Assembly (NCBI GenBank): GCA_965248575.1
Contig: CBDFJQ010000002.1
Location: forward strand, 3,648,001-3,712,000
Direction of reading: 5' to 3'
Origin: Planctomycetota bacterium
GTDB taxonomy: Bacteria > Planctomycetota > B15-G4
Length of the DNA: 64,000 bases
The position numbers were made by a program, and so were the translations under genes. Under the pieces are notes generated by a model. The model saw nothing but the letters and a program-made list of their open reading frames with translations, did not search any database and was not told the DNA's origin. Below, one piece after another: positions 18,308-28,161 of the stretch (positions are counted from its first letter, which is position 1; each line of letters starts with the position of its first letter).

Positions 18308-19545
18308 GTGGGATGGGCGAGGTGGGTGCGATGAGTGCGATGAGTGCGAACGAAACGACCATGCGCTCCACGCCGCGGGAGCACGCGCGGTCCATGCTCG
18401 CCCCCAAGGCGCTGTTCACCCTCCTGTTGATGGCCGTCGTGCTGGGCGGTTCACCTTTCGCCGTCACGGATCCCCTGCCCCCAGATCCCCCAGCCCAAGT
18501 TCCCCTGGCCCTCCGGAGTCCTGCGACTGCGGCGGTCGTCGAACGCGCGCCTCGCCCGGCGGACGCGATCCTGGCGCAGTTGTCGACCCACGACATCGTG
18601 CTGGTGGGCGAGAGCCCTCATCGCGGTCGTCGCATCCACGAGGTCTATGCGCAGATCGTGGCGCACCCCGACTTCGCAGCGCGCGTCGACGACGTGATGG
18701 TCGAGTTCGGCAACGCTCTGCACCAGCCGACCATGGACCGCTATCTGCTCCAACTGGAGGACGTGCCCCGGGACGAGCTGGCCCTCTGCTGGCGCGACAC
18801 GACGCAGCTGCTGGTCTGGGACTCCCCGGTCTACGAGGCCTTCTTCACGAGCGTCCGGGCGCTCAATGAATCGCTCGCGGCGGGCGAACGCGTGCGTGTG
18901 CTGCTCGGGGATCCGCCCATCGATTGGTCGGTGGTCGACAGCGCGTCCGCCCTCGAGCCCTGGCTGGAGCGGGAGGGCTCCTACGTCGACGTGCTCGAGC
19001 GCGGGGTGCTTGAACGGGACCGCAAGGCGCTCGTGTTCATCGGGTCGGGCCACTGCCTGAAGCGCGCCGCCCGTTCCGGTTTCGTGGAGGAGGTCACCGA
19101 GCGCAGCTGGCTTGGGCAGCTGCTGGAGGCGCGCCACCCGGGGCGATCCAGCACGATCTACTCGTTCTTCGAGAAGGGTGCGCTGCAGGATCTCGAGGGC
19201 GTCGCCGGCTGGACGGCCCCGACCTGGGTCGAGCTCTCGGACCACCCGCTGGGCGAGGCCTCCTTCGGTCTCATCGCGCCGAGCCTCTCCATTCGCGAGG
19301 AGGTCGACGGGCAGCTGGTCTGGATGCCGTTGGAGGCGGAGGATTGGCCCCCCATGAGCGTGATGGTGGACGCCCTCCTCTATCTGGGGGAGGAGCAGCC
19401 CGGTGAAGAGGTGGCGGCGCTCCCGAGCACCTACGCCGACGAGGCCTATGTGCTGGAGCTTCGGCGTCGGGCGCGCTTGCTCGACGAGCTGTTCGGCTTC
19501 GAGTACTACGTGCCGAGTGTGGAGGCGCTGTCCGCGGGAGGGTGA
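18304..19545 (+). CDS. Exported hypothetical protein, possibly EreA/ChaN/TraB-like fold
   Basis: Hydrophobic N-terminal segment; IVLVGESPH, MVEFG, KALVFIGSGH. Start uncertain (18304 GTG or 18361 ATG). Confidence 0.7.
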   Translation: MSGMGEVGAMSAMSANETTMRSTPREHARSMLAPKALFTLLLMAVVLGGSPFAVTDPLPPDPPAQVPLALRSPATAAVVERAPRPADAILAQLSTHDIVLVGESPHRGRRIHEVYAQIVAHPDFAARVDDVMVEFGNALHQPTMDRYLLQLEDVPRDELALCWRDTTQLLVWDSPVYEAFFTSVRALNESLAAGERVRVLLGDPPIDWSVVDSASALEPWLEREGSYVDVLERGVLERDRKALVFIGSGHCLKRAARSGFVEEVTERSWLGQLLEARHPGRSSTIYSFFEKGALQDLEGVAGWTAPTWVELSDHPLGEASFGLIAPSLSIREEVDGQLVWMPLEAEDWPPMSVMVDALLYLGEEQPGEEVAALPSTYADEAYVLELRRRARLLDELFGFEYYVPSVEALSAGG

Positions 19546-19587
19546 TGGCTCAAGTCCGCGGCTGCAGGCGGGACGCGAGTGCGCCCA

Positions 19588-20355
19588 TCACCCCCGGAAC
19601 AACAACACCAAGCCGCTGGCCAGCAGCACCAGCTGCACCGCGCGCTGGAAGGCGGGCCCCACCAGGCGTGTGTGCAAGCGTTGTCCGAGCACCCGGCCCA
19701 CCAGCAGCGGGATGATGGCCCAGGCCGTGACGGCCAGGCTCTCGCCGTTCAGGCGGCCGGTGCTGCCGTAGCTCACGAGCAGCACGGAGTTCAGCAGCAC
19801 CCACAGCACGCAGAGGCTGGCCCGGAAGCTGCCCTTGGAGAGGTCACGCCGGCTGAGGACGTAGACCACCAAGGGGCCGCCGGAGGCGAACAGGCCTTGG
19901 ACGAACCCGCCGCCTACGAGCAGGGCGCGGGAGAAGAGCTTGCGGGGAGGCCGATCCGCAGCCGCGGGCCGCAGGAGCTCCAGCAGAACCAGGCCCGCGA
20001 TGATCCCTCCCAGCAGGCGCGGCAGGACGCCTGTATCCGCGGTCTGGAACACGAACAGTCCGAAGGGGAAGCCCAGCAGCACGAGGGGCAGGACCTCCCG
20101 CAGCAGGACCCGCCAGGCGATCTGGTCCCGCTGGTGCCAGGCGATCCACGCGCTGAGCCCCCAGGTGGTGGGCAGGATGGCCGGCAGGATCAGCTCGATG
20201 GGCAGAAGGTGGGCGCCCAGGGCCACGCTGAGGACGTTGGCCCCGAAGCCGAGGGCCCCCGCGCAGGTGTAGGCGGCCGTGATGACCAGCAGCAGGGCGA
20301 GGACGTGGGGCTCGGGCACGAGGGCAGGGTCACCGGAGCGGGGGTGGGTGTCCAC
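19588..20355 (-). CDS. TauE/SafE (TSUP) family sulfite exporter-like membrane protein
   Basis: Many TM helices; GALGFG, GGGFVQGLFASGGPLVV, FRASL. Start uncertain (20319, 20355 or 20418). Confidence 0.85.
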   Translation of the reverse strand: MDTHPRSGDPALVPEPHVLALLLVITAAYTCAGALGFGANVLSVALGAHLLPIELILPAILPTTWGLSAWIAWHQRDQIAWRVLLREVLPLVLLGFPFGLFVFQTADTGVLPRLLGGIIAGLVLLELLRPAAADRPPRKLFSRALLVGGGFVQGLFASGGPLVVYVLSRRDLSKGSFRASLCVLWVLLNSVLLVSYGSTGRLNGESLAVTAWAIIPLLVGRVLGQRLHTRLVGPAFQRAVQLVLLASGLVLLFRG

Positions 20356-20432
20356 GGGGATTGTGGATGGGGGCGGCGGGGGCAGGGTTCGTCCTCCGAT
20401 GGCCAATCGGTCCGCCAACTGGCCTCCAGGCC

Positions 20433-20462
20433 TTGACGGCTGGGGGCTGGCCTCGCTAGAAC
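20433..20462 (+). promoter_or_regulatory. Putative sigma-70 promoter for tRNA-Met
   Basis: TTGACG-N18-TAGAAC about 48 bp upstream of the tRNA. Confidence 0.5.
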
Positions 20463-20509
20463 AACGGGCTTGAACGGACCACCCAACCGGAGGTGGTTGC
20501 AGGACGGTA

Positions 20510-20586
<77 letters not shown>

Positions 20587-20768
20587 TTTCTTCGACATCC
20601 ATCGAGATGATCGAGGCGCGAGATGGCCCGATGGCACCCGACCCAGGGACAGCCGGCGGGCCATCGGCAATTCTGGCCCGGTCTCCTCTCGCTGCAGCCC
20701 GCCGAGACAGCGTGATCGGCCGCGAAGACGCCCCCGCCCGCAACGGGCGAAGGTGCTCGGCGAAGGTG

Positions 20769-21560
20769 TCAGCCCGGCTGTCCTCGCACCCCGATCACAG
20801 CGAAGCAGGTGTCGTCCTCGGCGGCTGGCTCCATCGCGGTTGCCTTCCAGACCCTGACGTCCTGGAACCCTGCGGCGGTGTACAGCTCCACTGCCTGCTG
20901 CTGGGTGTAGGAGCGCGACTCGGGCGAGAATCGCTGCAGCTCTTCTTCGAGCGTCTCGCCATCCAGGCTGACCTCGTAGCGGAAATCACAGTGCTCCATC
21001 TGCGTCTCGTGGTCGTATCGGAACCATGTCCAGCGCCGCACGAGCGCGCCATCCGTCTCCCGGATCGCCTCCCCGGTCACCTTCCAATCCGACACCGTCG
21101 GGTCGCCCTCTGACCAGAGCGTCTCGAAGGTCATGATCAGCGCCCCGCCCAGCTCCAGGTTGGCGAAGAGCCGGTCGACCGCCCTGCTGCTCGCGTCCCG
21201 ATCGGTCAGCAGCTGAATGGTGGTGGACGACACGATGATCGTCTTGTAGTTCCTCGGAAGGTCCAACTGCTCGAAGGGTTGTTGGTGGAGCGTCGGGTCC
21301 AGCCCCTGCTGCTCCGCCTTCGCCCGGCACAGCGCCAACATCTCGGGGGAGTTGTCGACCCCGTCCACGTCGAGCCCCTGTTTCAGGTAGGTGAGGATCA
21401 AGCGGCCTGTGGCACAGCCGACGTCCAAGGCCGGCTGCCCGTAGCGTGCGATGACCTCCTGGAAGAGGAATCGATCAGGGAAATCCTCTTGGCCGGGCCG
21501 GATCAGATCCCAGGTTGAAGTCATGAGCCCGAAGTACGCGGTGCTTCCGTCGTCTGGCAT
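20769..21560 (-). CDS. Class I SAM-dependent methyltransferase
   Basis: ALDVGCATGR, GVDNSPEML; SD AAGGA upstream. Confidence 0.9.
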   Translation of the reverse strand: MPDDGSTAYFGLMTSTWDLIRPGQEDFPDRFLFQEVIARYGQPALDVGCATGRLILTYLKQGLDVDGVDNSPEMLALCRAKAEQQGLDPTLHQQPFEQLDLPRNYKTIIVSSTTIQLLTDRDASSRAVDRLFANLELGGALIMTFETLWSEGDPTVSDWKVTGEAIRETDGALVRRWTWFRYDHETQMEHCDFRYEVSLDGETLEEELQRFSPESRSYTQQQAVELYTAAGFQDVRVWKATAMEPAAEDDTCFAVIGVRGQPG

Positions 21561-21614
21561 GTGTTTCCTTGTGTGGCGGTCGCGCTGACGGGGATCGTAC
21601 AGGGGGGGTGTGCG

Positions 21615-21935
21615 CTACTCGAAGATCACATGTAGCAGGAACAGCGCGCTGGCTAACACCAGGGCTTCGAGCGCCATCAGTGGCCAGCGCGCCAGCCTGG
21701 GTCCGCGCCCCACGCTCATGCTGAAGGCGGCGATGGAGCAGAGCACGCCGAAGCCTGCCCCCAGGAGGATGGGCTCGACGAACCAGAGCGAGCTCGACAG
21801 CCCTCCGGTGGGCACGCGGCGCTGCTTGCCGATGATGAACGCGAGGCCCCCGATGATGAAGGGCATGAGCAGGACGAGGGCGGGCACGATCAGTTCGTGG
21901 AGCGGTGGACCGGCTGTCGCGCGTTTGTCAGGCAT
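21615..21935 (-). CDS. Small membrane protein (about 3 TM), function unknown
   Basis: Three hydrophobic segments in 106 aa; fills the gap between real genes. Confidence 0.6.
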   Translation of the reverse strand: MPDKRATAGPPLHELIVPALVLLMPFIIGGLAFIIGKQRRVPTGGLSSSLWFVEPILLGAGFGVLCSIAAFSMSVGRGPRLARWPLMALEALVLASALFLLHVIFE

Positions 21936-22073
21936 GGCGTCGTTCCCGTCGGCGAGATTCCCTCAGACGGATTCTACTTCTACCTCCGGCTTCGGCGCGG
22001 GATGGGCAGCTGCCGAAAGAAACCTTGGATCCATCTCCACACTCGGCCCCATCGCCCACTGCTCCTAACCCAC

Positions 22074-22820
22074 ATGCCCAACATCCCCACCATCCCGCCC
22101 GCTGTCGCCCGCAAGCTCGGCCACTACGTCTACCTCTACGTAAACCCGCTGGACGGCTCAGTCTTCTACGTAGGCAAAGGCAAAGGCTCGCGCGCCCTCG
22201 CCCACCTGACCGACGGAGCGAAGGAGCCCGTCAAGAAGGTCATCCGTCAGATTCGTGCTGCGGGGCAGGAGCCCAAGATCGAGATCCTGTCGCACGGTCT
22301 ACCCAGCGCCGAGGTGGCTCTGCAGGTCGAGGCGGCGGCCATCGACCTGATCGGGGTCGACAATCTGGCGAATGGTGTCCGCGGTTGGCATGGTCGGTCC
22401 TTCGGCAGGATGCCCGTCACGGAGTTGGTCGCGCACTACTCGGAGCGCCGGGCGAAGATCGACGAGCCGTCGATCTTGATCCGCATCAACCGCAACTACC
22501 GCTACGGTATGACAGACGTCGAGCTCTACGACGCGACGCGCAGTGCCTGGAAGGTAGGCCCCCGGGCCGAGGAGGCGAAGTATGCCATCGCCGTCTTCGA
22601 GTCGGTCGTGCGCGAGGTCTACGAGATCACCCACTGGCTCCCGGGCGGCAGCACCTTCAACAACCGCAACGACGGCCGTTACAAGCCACGCGAGGGACGT
22701 TGGGAGTTCGTGGGCACCCTCGCGGGCGACGAGCTTCGTGAGCGCCTGGTGAATCGCTCCGTGGCGCACCTCTTCGCGAAGGGGTCGCAGAACCCGATTT
22801 CGTATGTGGGGTTCGAGTAG
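22074..22820 (+). CDS. GIY-YIG family nuclease (LEM-3-like bacterial type)
   Basis: HYVYLY-x8-FYVGKGKGSRALAH, conserved Glu in ALQVEAAAI, Asn in LANGVRG. Start moved to ATG 22074. Confidence 0.85.
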   Translation: MPNIPTIPPAVARKLGHYVYLYVNPLDGSVFYVGKGKGSRALAHLTDGAKEPVKKVIRQIRAAGQEPKIEILSHGLPSAEVALQVEAAAIDLIGVDNLANGVRGWHGRSFGRMPVTELVAHYSERRAKIDEPSILIRINRNYRYGMTDVELYDATRSAWKVGPRAEEAKYAIAVFESVVREVYEITHWLPGGSTFNNRNDGRYKPREGRWEFVGTLAGDELRERLVNRSVAHLFAKGSQNPISYVGFE

Positions 22821-22839
22821 GGGGGCTCTCACCCCCCCC
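22820..22839. terminator. Possible hairpin between convergent genes
   Basis: G6-CTCTCA-C8 between the two stop codons; no U-tract. Confidence 0.3.
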
Positions 22840-22841
22840 AC

Positions 22842-25394
22842 TCACTTCGGCTTGCGCAGAAACACGTCACTCGTCCCGTTGCCGTCCGGCGGCACGAAGT
22901 TGATCGCATAGGAGTAGAACGACACCGTGCGGCCGTTCGAGGAGAGCGAGGGGCCCTCGCTGTCGTTGTCCCCCTGAGCCCCGTCGGAGCCCAGGGAGGC
23001 GAGCGCAGTGATGCCCGTCACCCGATCGTGGGTGAAGACGTCGCAACGGTTGTTCGTGTCGTCCGGCACGAGGTTGGTGGCATGCGTGGCGAAGGCCACC
23101 ATCCGGCCGTTGGCGGAGATCACTTGATCAGACGCTGCCTGGTTGCTCTGGACTCCGTCGGTGTTCACGGACACCCGCGTGGTCTGCCCCGTCTTCAAGT
23201 CGTGCACGAAGATGTCCCGCTTGCCGTTGGTGTCTGCTGGCACGAGGTTGGTGGCATTCGAGGAGAAGGCCACGAAGCGGCCGTTCGCCGAGATCGAGGG
23301 GCTGCGGCTGCTCCCGTCTGCCTGGGTGCCATCGCTGCTGACGGATACCCGTGTCATCGTTCCCGTCTTCATGTCCCGCACGTAGATGTCATTGAAGCCG
23401 TTGGTGTCGCCGGCCACGAAGTTGCTTGCAGCGGAATAGAAAGCGATGACGCGCCCGTTCGCCGAGCAGGTGGGGCGGGAGCTGGCCCCGTCGCCCTGGG
23501 CACCCGTGGGGCTCTCGGAGACGCGCGTCGTCAGGCCGGACTTCAGATCGTGCACGAAGACATCCTCCACGGCGTTCGTGTCTGTCTGCACGAGATTAGT
23601 CGCTTTCGAGTGGAAGGCGATGACCCGACCGTTGGCCGAGACAGCGGGCTCCCTGCAGTGGTCGTTGGGCTCGCCGCCGTCGCTGCTTACGGAGACGCGC
23701 GTCGTCTTGCCCTTCTTCAGGTCGCGCACGAAGACGTCACGCTTGCCGTTGGTGTCTGTTGGCACGAGGTTGGTGGCATCCGAAGCGAAGGCCACGACGC
23801 GGGCATTCGCCGAGAGCACAGATTCGAAATTCCCCCCATCCGCTTCGACTCCATCAGCACCGACGGACGCTCGCGTCGTCTGCCCCGACTTCGAGTCGTG
23901 GACGAAGACGTCTCCCTCGTCGTTCGTATCTACGGGCACGAGATTGCTGGCCGACGAGCAAAAGACCACGACCCGGCCGTTCGACGAGATCGAGGGGTAG
24001 AGGCTTTGCTTGTTCCCTTCGGCGCCGGGGCCCGAGACCGAGGCGCGCAGCGTCTGCTGCTGCTTCAGGTTGCGCACGAAGACGTCGCTCGTGGTGTTGG
24101 TGTCCCCCGCGACCAGATTGGTGGCGTACGACGAGAAGACCACGCAGCGGGCGTTGGCCGAGAGCGCAGGCTCTGCGCTGAACTGATCGCCTTCGGTCGC
24201 CTCGGGCCCGAGCGATACGCGCTGGGTTTCTTGCTGCTTCAGGTCGCGCACGAAGACGTCCAGCGTGGCATTTGTATCGCCCTGAACGAGGTTGGCCGCG
24301 CCCGAGACGAAGGCCAGCATGTTCCCGTTGGCTGAGAGCGCCGGCGCGGAGCTGGTGCTGTCCCCTTGGGCGCCATCGGGAGCGACGGATGCACGACTTG
24401 TCACGCCGGTCTTGAGATCGCGCACGAAGACATCACTCACGCCGTTCGTGTCCCCGGCCACGATGTTGGTGGCGTCCGAGCGGAAGGCGACGACCCGACC
24501 GTTGGCCGAGATCACGGGCTCGGAGCTGATGCCGTCTCCCAAGGCGCCGCCGAGGCCCACGGACACGAGCTGCGTCACGCCCGTCTTCAGGTCGCGCACA
24601 TAGACGTCCCCCGGAATGCCGAGCTGGCTCTCGGACGCTTCCGCGGGAGGGTCGATCAAGTTGGTGGATTCGGTCGTGAAGGTCACATAGCGGCCGTTGC
24701 CTGAAATGGACGGTTCCTCGCTGGGCTGGTTGGCTTGCACGCCCTGGCTGTTCACCGATGCGAGTGTCGTCACACCTGTCTTTCGTGTGTGCACGAACAC
24801 GTCTTCCAGGGAGTTCGTGTCTCCGACGACGAGGTTTGACGCACGCGAGACGAACGCCACCACCGCTCCATTCGAAGAGATGGCCAGATTCGAGCAATGG
24901 TCGCCTCCCAAGCCGCCATCCGAACTGACGGAGACCATCGTCGTGACACCCGTCTTCCGATCGTGCAGGAAGACGTCGTTCGCGGTGTTGGTGTCACCAG
25001 GTACCAGGTTTGTCGCATTGGACAGGAAGGCCACGAAGCGCCCGTTCGCGGAGAGCGCGGGCTGCGTGCTGAAGCCGTTCGCTTCGCTGCCGTCGAAGCC
25101 CACGGACAGCCTCGTGGTCAGGCCCGTCTTCAGGTCGCGTGCGAAGACATCGCTGACGCCGTTGGTATCCCCCAGCACGAGGTCGTCAGCAAAGGAGACG
25201 AACACCATGACCTTGCCGTTGGCCGAGATCTCCGGTTGAGTGTTTGCACCGGTCGTCTCGGCGCGATCTCCGACCGAGACGCGACTCACTTGTTGAGCGC
25301 TCAGCAACTGCGGCAAAGCAAGCGTTCCCAGCGCCAGGAGGGCGAACGGGACCAGACGCCCAGACATCTCACGAACACACCAGCGCATGCGCAT
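22842..25394 (-). CDS. Secreted TolB/PD40-like beta-propeller repeat protein (14 DTN-type repeats)
   Basis: Signal peptide; 14 repeats of P-x-(I/L)SANGR-x-VAF-x-S-x-A(T/S)NLV-x2-DTN-x3-D(V/I)FV-x-D. Start may be ATG 25367. Confidence 0.9.
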   Translation of the reverse strand: MRMRWCVREMSGRLVPFALLALGTLALPQLLSAQQVSRVSVGDRAETTGANTQPEISANGKVMVFVSFADDLVLGDTNGVSDVFARDLKTGLTTRLSVGFDGSEANGFSTQPALSANGRFVAFLSNATNLVPGDTNTANDVFLHDRKTGVTTMVSVSSDGGLGGDHCSNLAISSNGAVVAFVSRASNLVVGDTNSLEDVFVHTRKTGVTTLASVNSQGVQANQPSEEPSISGNGRYVTFTTESTNLIDPPAEASESQLGIPGDVYVRDLKTGVTQLVSVGLGGALGDGISSEPVISANGRVVAFRSDATNIVAGDTNGVSDVFVRDLKTGVTSRASVAPDGAQGDSTSSAPALSANGNMLAFVSGAANLVQGDTNATLDVFVRDLKQQETQRVSLGPEATEGDQFSAEPALSANARCVVFSSYATNLVAGDTNTTSDVFVRNLKQQQTLRASVSGPGAEGNKQSLYPSISSNGRVVVFCSSASNLVPVDTNDEGDVFVHDSKSGQTTRASVGADGVEADGGNFESVLSANARVVAFASDATNLVPTDTNGKRDVFVRDLKKGKTTRVSVSSDGGEPNDHCREPAVSANGRVIAFHSKATNLVQTDTNAVEDVFVHDLKSGLTTRVSESPTGAQGDGASSRPTCSANGRVIAFYSAASNFVAGDTNGFNDIYVRDMKTGTMTRVSVSSDGTQADGSSRSPSISANGRFVAFSSNATNLVPADTNGKRDIFVHDLKTGQTTRVSVNTDGVQSNQAASDQVISANGRMVAFATHATNLVPDDTNNRCDVFTHDRVTGITALASLGSDGAQGDNDSEGPSLSSNGRTVSFYSYAINFVPPDGNGTSDVFLRKPK

Positions 25395-25659
25395 ACCCGG
25401 GCACCCCCATCGGCAAGAAGAACGGACGCGTGTCCGCCGAGCAGACAGGGTAGGCGAGTGCTGGGCGCGGGGGCTTGGCTTTTTCGCCGTCCGGGTGCTC
25501 CTGGCGATCCCAGAGCCCCAGCACCGTTTGCTGCCAGCCTTGGACGGCGTGTCCGTCCCCCACGACGACCGTCTCTTCGCGCGCTTTCAAATCGGATGCG
25601 TGCCGGTCCTCTTCCCGGGCCGATCGAACTCCGACCGGGCGCCGGTGGCCACGCACCTT

Positions 25660-26580
25660 CTAGGGACAGTTCAGTGTGTCCACGACGACTGAGCTGGCTC
25701 CGTCGGTGTCGCAGTCATCGGAATTGCTGAGAGCGGCACATCCCAGCACGGCTGACTCGCGGCTCCGGATCCCATCCAACCCGTTGTTGAACGCAGAGCT
25801 ATGGGCCAGGACGCTGCCCTGTTCGACGGCGAAGCCATCTGTGCCATTGCCCGAAGAGACGCACTCGCTGATGACCGTCTGTAGGACACCTGCTCCCGAG
25901 GTCAAGCTGAAACCCCACTCAGCATTGCTTGTTGCAACGCATCCCCGCAGAACACTCGACGGATTCGGCACGAAGCCACGTAGATTGAAAGAGGACACCG
26001 TGTTGACGATCGTTCCCCGACCCGAAGTGATGACTCCTTGGCTAGCGTTACCCTGTGAGATGCAGCTTGCGATCGTGCACCCCACGCCGACAAAGATGCC
26101 GTTTCGACCCGACCTCATGACGCGCAGCTTCTCGAAGCTGCTGTAGGTTGCTGCCGTGACCTGCCCACCAATGCCATCGCGGCCCCAGTCGACGAGCCCT
26201 CCGTTGAACACGGCGATGTTCTCATGCGGCCCGCCGTCAAAGTTGATGCCGTCCAGAGAGCCAGGGACGCCGAGCAGGCTGAATCCATTCAGGTCGATGG
26301 TGACATTGCTGGACTCGATCGAAATCCCGCTTTCGCCAGCCATGCCTGTCAACGTCCTCGTCAGGAAGTAGCTGCCGCTCTTGTCGATCGTGAAGGGTAG
26401 GGAAGAGATGGGTGTGCGTGGGTCACACTTTGCAAAGATCGCCCGGCCTTGGAGACCCGTGGGTTGGGGTGCCGCGACCAGTGCTTGGGGCGTCATGCTG
26501 GTGAGCAGGAACAGGCAGCAGGTGACAGTTGCCCCGGCCGCCATCCAGGCACCACGGAAATCATGAACAGGGTTCTTCAT
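25660..26580 (-). CDS. Exported right-handed parallel beta-helix repeat protein
   Basis: SD GGAG; ISSLPFTIDKSGSYFLT, NVTIDLNGFSL, recurring C/N-ladder repeats (S-x-N-x2-DG). Confidence 0.82.
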   Translation of the reverse strand: MKNPVHDFRGAWMAAGATVTCCLFLLTSMTPQALVAAPQPTGLQGRAIFAKCDPRTPISSLPFTIDKSGSYFLTRTLTGMAGESGISIESSNVTIDLNGFSLLGVPGSLDGINFDGGPHENIAVFNGGLVDWGRDGIGGQVTAATYSSFEKLRVMRSGRNGIFVGVGCTIASCISQGNASQGVITSGRGTIVNTVSSFNLRGFVPNPSSVLRGCVATSNAEWGFSLTSGAGVLQTVISECVSSGNGTDGFAVEQGSVLAHSSAFNNGLDGIRSRESAVLGCAALSNSDDCDTDGASSVVVDTLNCP

Positions 26581-26795
26581 TTACATCTCCCGTCGTTTTT
26601 ATGGAATGGCGCCACTCTCGCCAGTGAGTGTCCAAGTCCTCCTCCTCCCGTTCCTCTAAGGAGCGCGAAACCCAGGCTCTCCGGACAGCCAATTCTGCTT
26701 TACCGAGTTGAGACCACTCTCAGTTCACGCAGGAGGTTCTCTGCGATTGGCGAAAGAACATCGAACGCCCCGACCATAGCACGCATTACACCCGC

Positions 26796-28082
26796 CTACC
26801 GGCTCAAGAACTCATACCCCAGTGTGTACGCCGTGCGCATGTTGTTCATGCCGTCGACGATGAAGTACGCCAGGATGCACACTTGCTCGCGGTCCTCGTT
26901 GAAGATCTGGGTGTACTCCGTGGTTCCCTGCTTCAGGTTCGCGCTGAGCTTCCACCCGGGAGGCAGGTTGAGCGCAAGCGTGTCACGAAGTTCGTTGTAC
27001 TTCTGACGCACGGTTGCAGAGCTCTCGTCTTGGGCCAGCCACGCTTGGTGCCTGCGCGGTCCGTTGTCCCGGTCGGGCTGGATGATGAAGGAGGCGATGG
27101 CACCCGGAAACGGTGACGCGTTGTAGAAGGTCCCTCGCCGGAACGCTTCCTGGTAGCCCTTGGGCATGTCCCGGCTTGGGATCTCGCTGAGCTCAATCGA
27201 CGCAAACGACGACTTGGCTGCCTCCCCGAAGTCACGGATTGCGATCCAGGTGTCGTTCTCTGGGAAGGCCTCTTCGACCGCCCGGCCTTCGAGCGAACCC
27301 TCTGCCCGGCCAACAGATGCTTGCAGTTTCTCGCGATCCTCCGGACTCAGCGTTGAAGGAAGGACATCGATCAAAGCGACCAGGGTCTCAAGATCACTCA
27401 AGGCAGCCGTGTTCCTGTGCTGGATTCCGGCTGCCTCCAGCTCGAGTGTGGCGATCAACTCCGTCTGCGCAAGTTGTGCGCTTTCCAGCTCGGCGAGCTT
27501 CGCCTGTTGCTCCGCGACTTGCGACGAGAGCTCATCCCGATCATCGCTGAGCGCTTCGCGAACTGTCGTGATCTCATCCAGGTCACGTTGGGTCTCGATT
27601 TGCGTCCACTCGGCGGCGCTGGTTGCTTGCCGCGCCTCTTCAAGCTTCTGGAGCGCTTCTTCCCGCTTGTCGTTCGCGTCGGCAAGTTTTCGTTCAGCCT
27701 GCCTCAGTTCTTCGACAGCCTTGGAGTGGTCTGCCCTCGCATCCTGGATGTCCTGCTGCAAGCTAGCTTGAGCCAGCGCCAGGCCTTCGTTTGAGCTGGA
27801 GAGCAGCTCCGTCTTCAACTCCAGCGCAGTGACGGCACTGGCTTGCTCTTGGTACTGGTTCACCAGCCGGGCCGACTCAGCACGCTGCGCGTCCAGCTCT
27901 TCGACGTAAGCCCGACGTTGAAAGCTCAGCGCGACCAGCGCAACGATCAGTGTGGCCACTTGAAACCAGGTGCTGGCTCTCTTGAACCATGGCTTGCGAA
28001 GCGCTTCCACTTCGTGCCGGAGCTTCTCGCTCAAGAGTGTCTGTTCGCTCTGCGGATGCTCCTGCGTGGGTTCCTTCTCCAC
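26796..28082 (-). CDS. Membrane-anchored long coiled-coil protein with globular C-terminal domain
   Basis: SD AAGGGG before GTG; TM WFQVATLIVALVALSF; roughly 190 aa of E/Q/A/L heptads; alpha/beta-like tail. Confidence 0.8.
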   Translation of the reverse strand: MEKEPTQEHPQSEQTLLSEKLRHEVEALRKPWFKRASTWFQVATLIVALVALSFQRRAYVEELDAQRAESARLVNQYQEQASAVTALELKTELLSSSNEGLALAQASLQQDIQDARADHSKAVEELRQAERKLADANDKREEALQKLEEARQATSAAEWTQIETQRDLDEITTVREALSDDRDELSSQVAEQQAKLAELESAQLAQTELIATLELEAAGIQHRNTAALSDLETLVALIDVLPSTLSPEDREKLQASVGRAEGSLEGRAVEEAFPENDTWIAIRDFGEAAKSSFASIELSEIPSRDMPKGYQEAFRRGTFYNASPFPGAIASFIIQPDRDNGPRRHQAWLAQDESSATVRQKYNELRDTLALNLPPGWKLSANLKQGTTEYTQIFNEDREQVCILAYFIVDGMNNMRTAYTLGYEFLSR

Positions 28083-28161
28083 GGCGTTCCCCTTTCTTGT
28101 TCCCTCAGGACAGAGACGCGGCCGGAGGTCACCTTCGCCTTCGTTCCCCTCAGCTCCCGAC

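Noticed and set aside
22842..25394. DNA-level periodic repeats as a non-coding array
   Set aside because: Fully explained by in-frame protein repeats.
25395..25659. Possible IS or transposase remnant in the intergenic gap
   Set aside because: No terminal inverted repeats, target duplication or transposase motif recognised.
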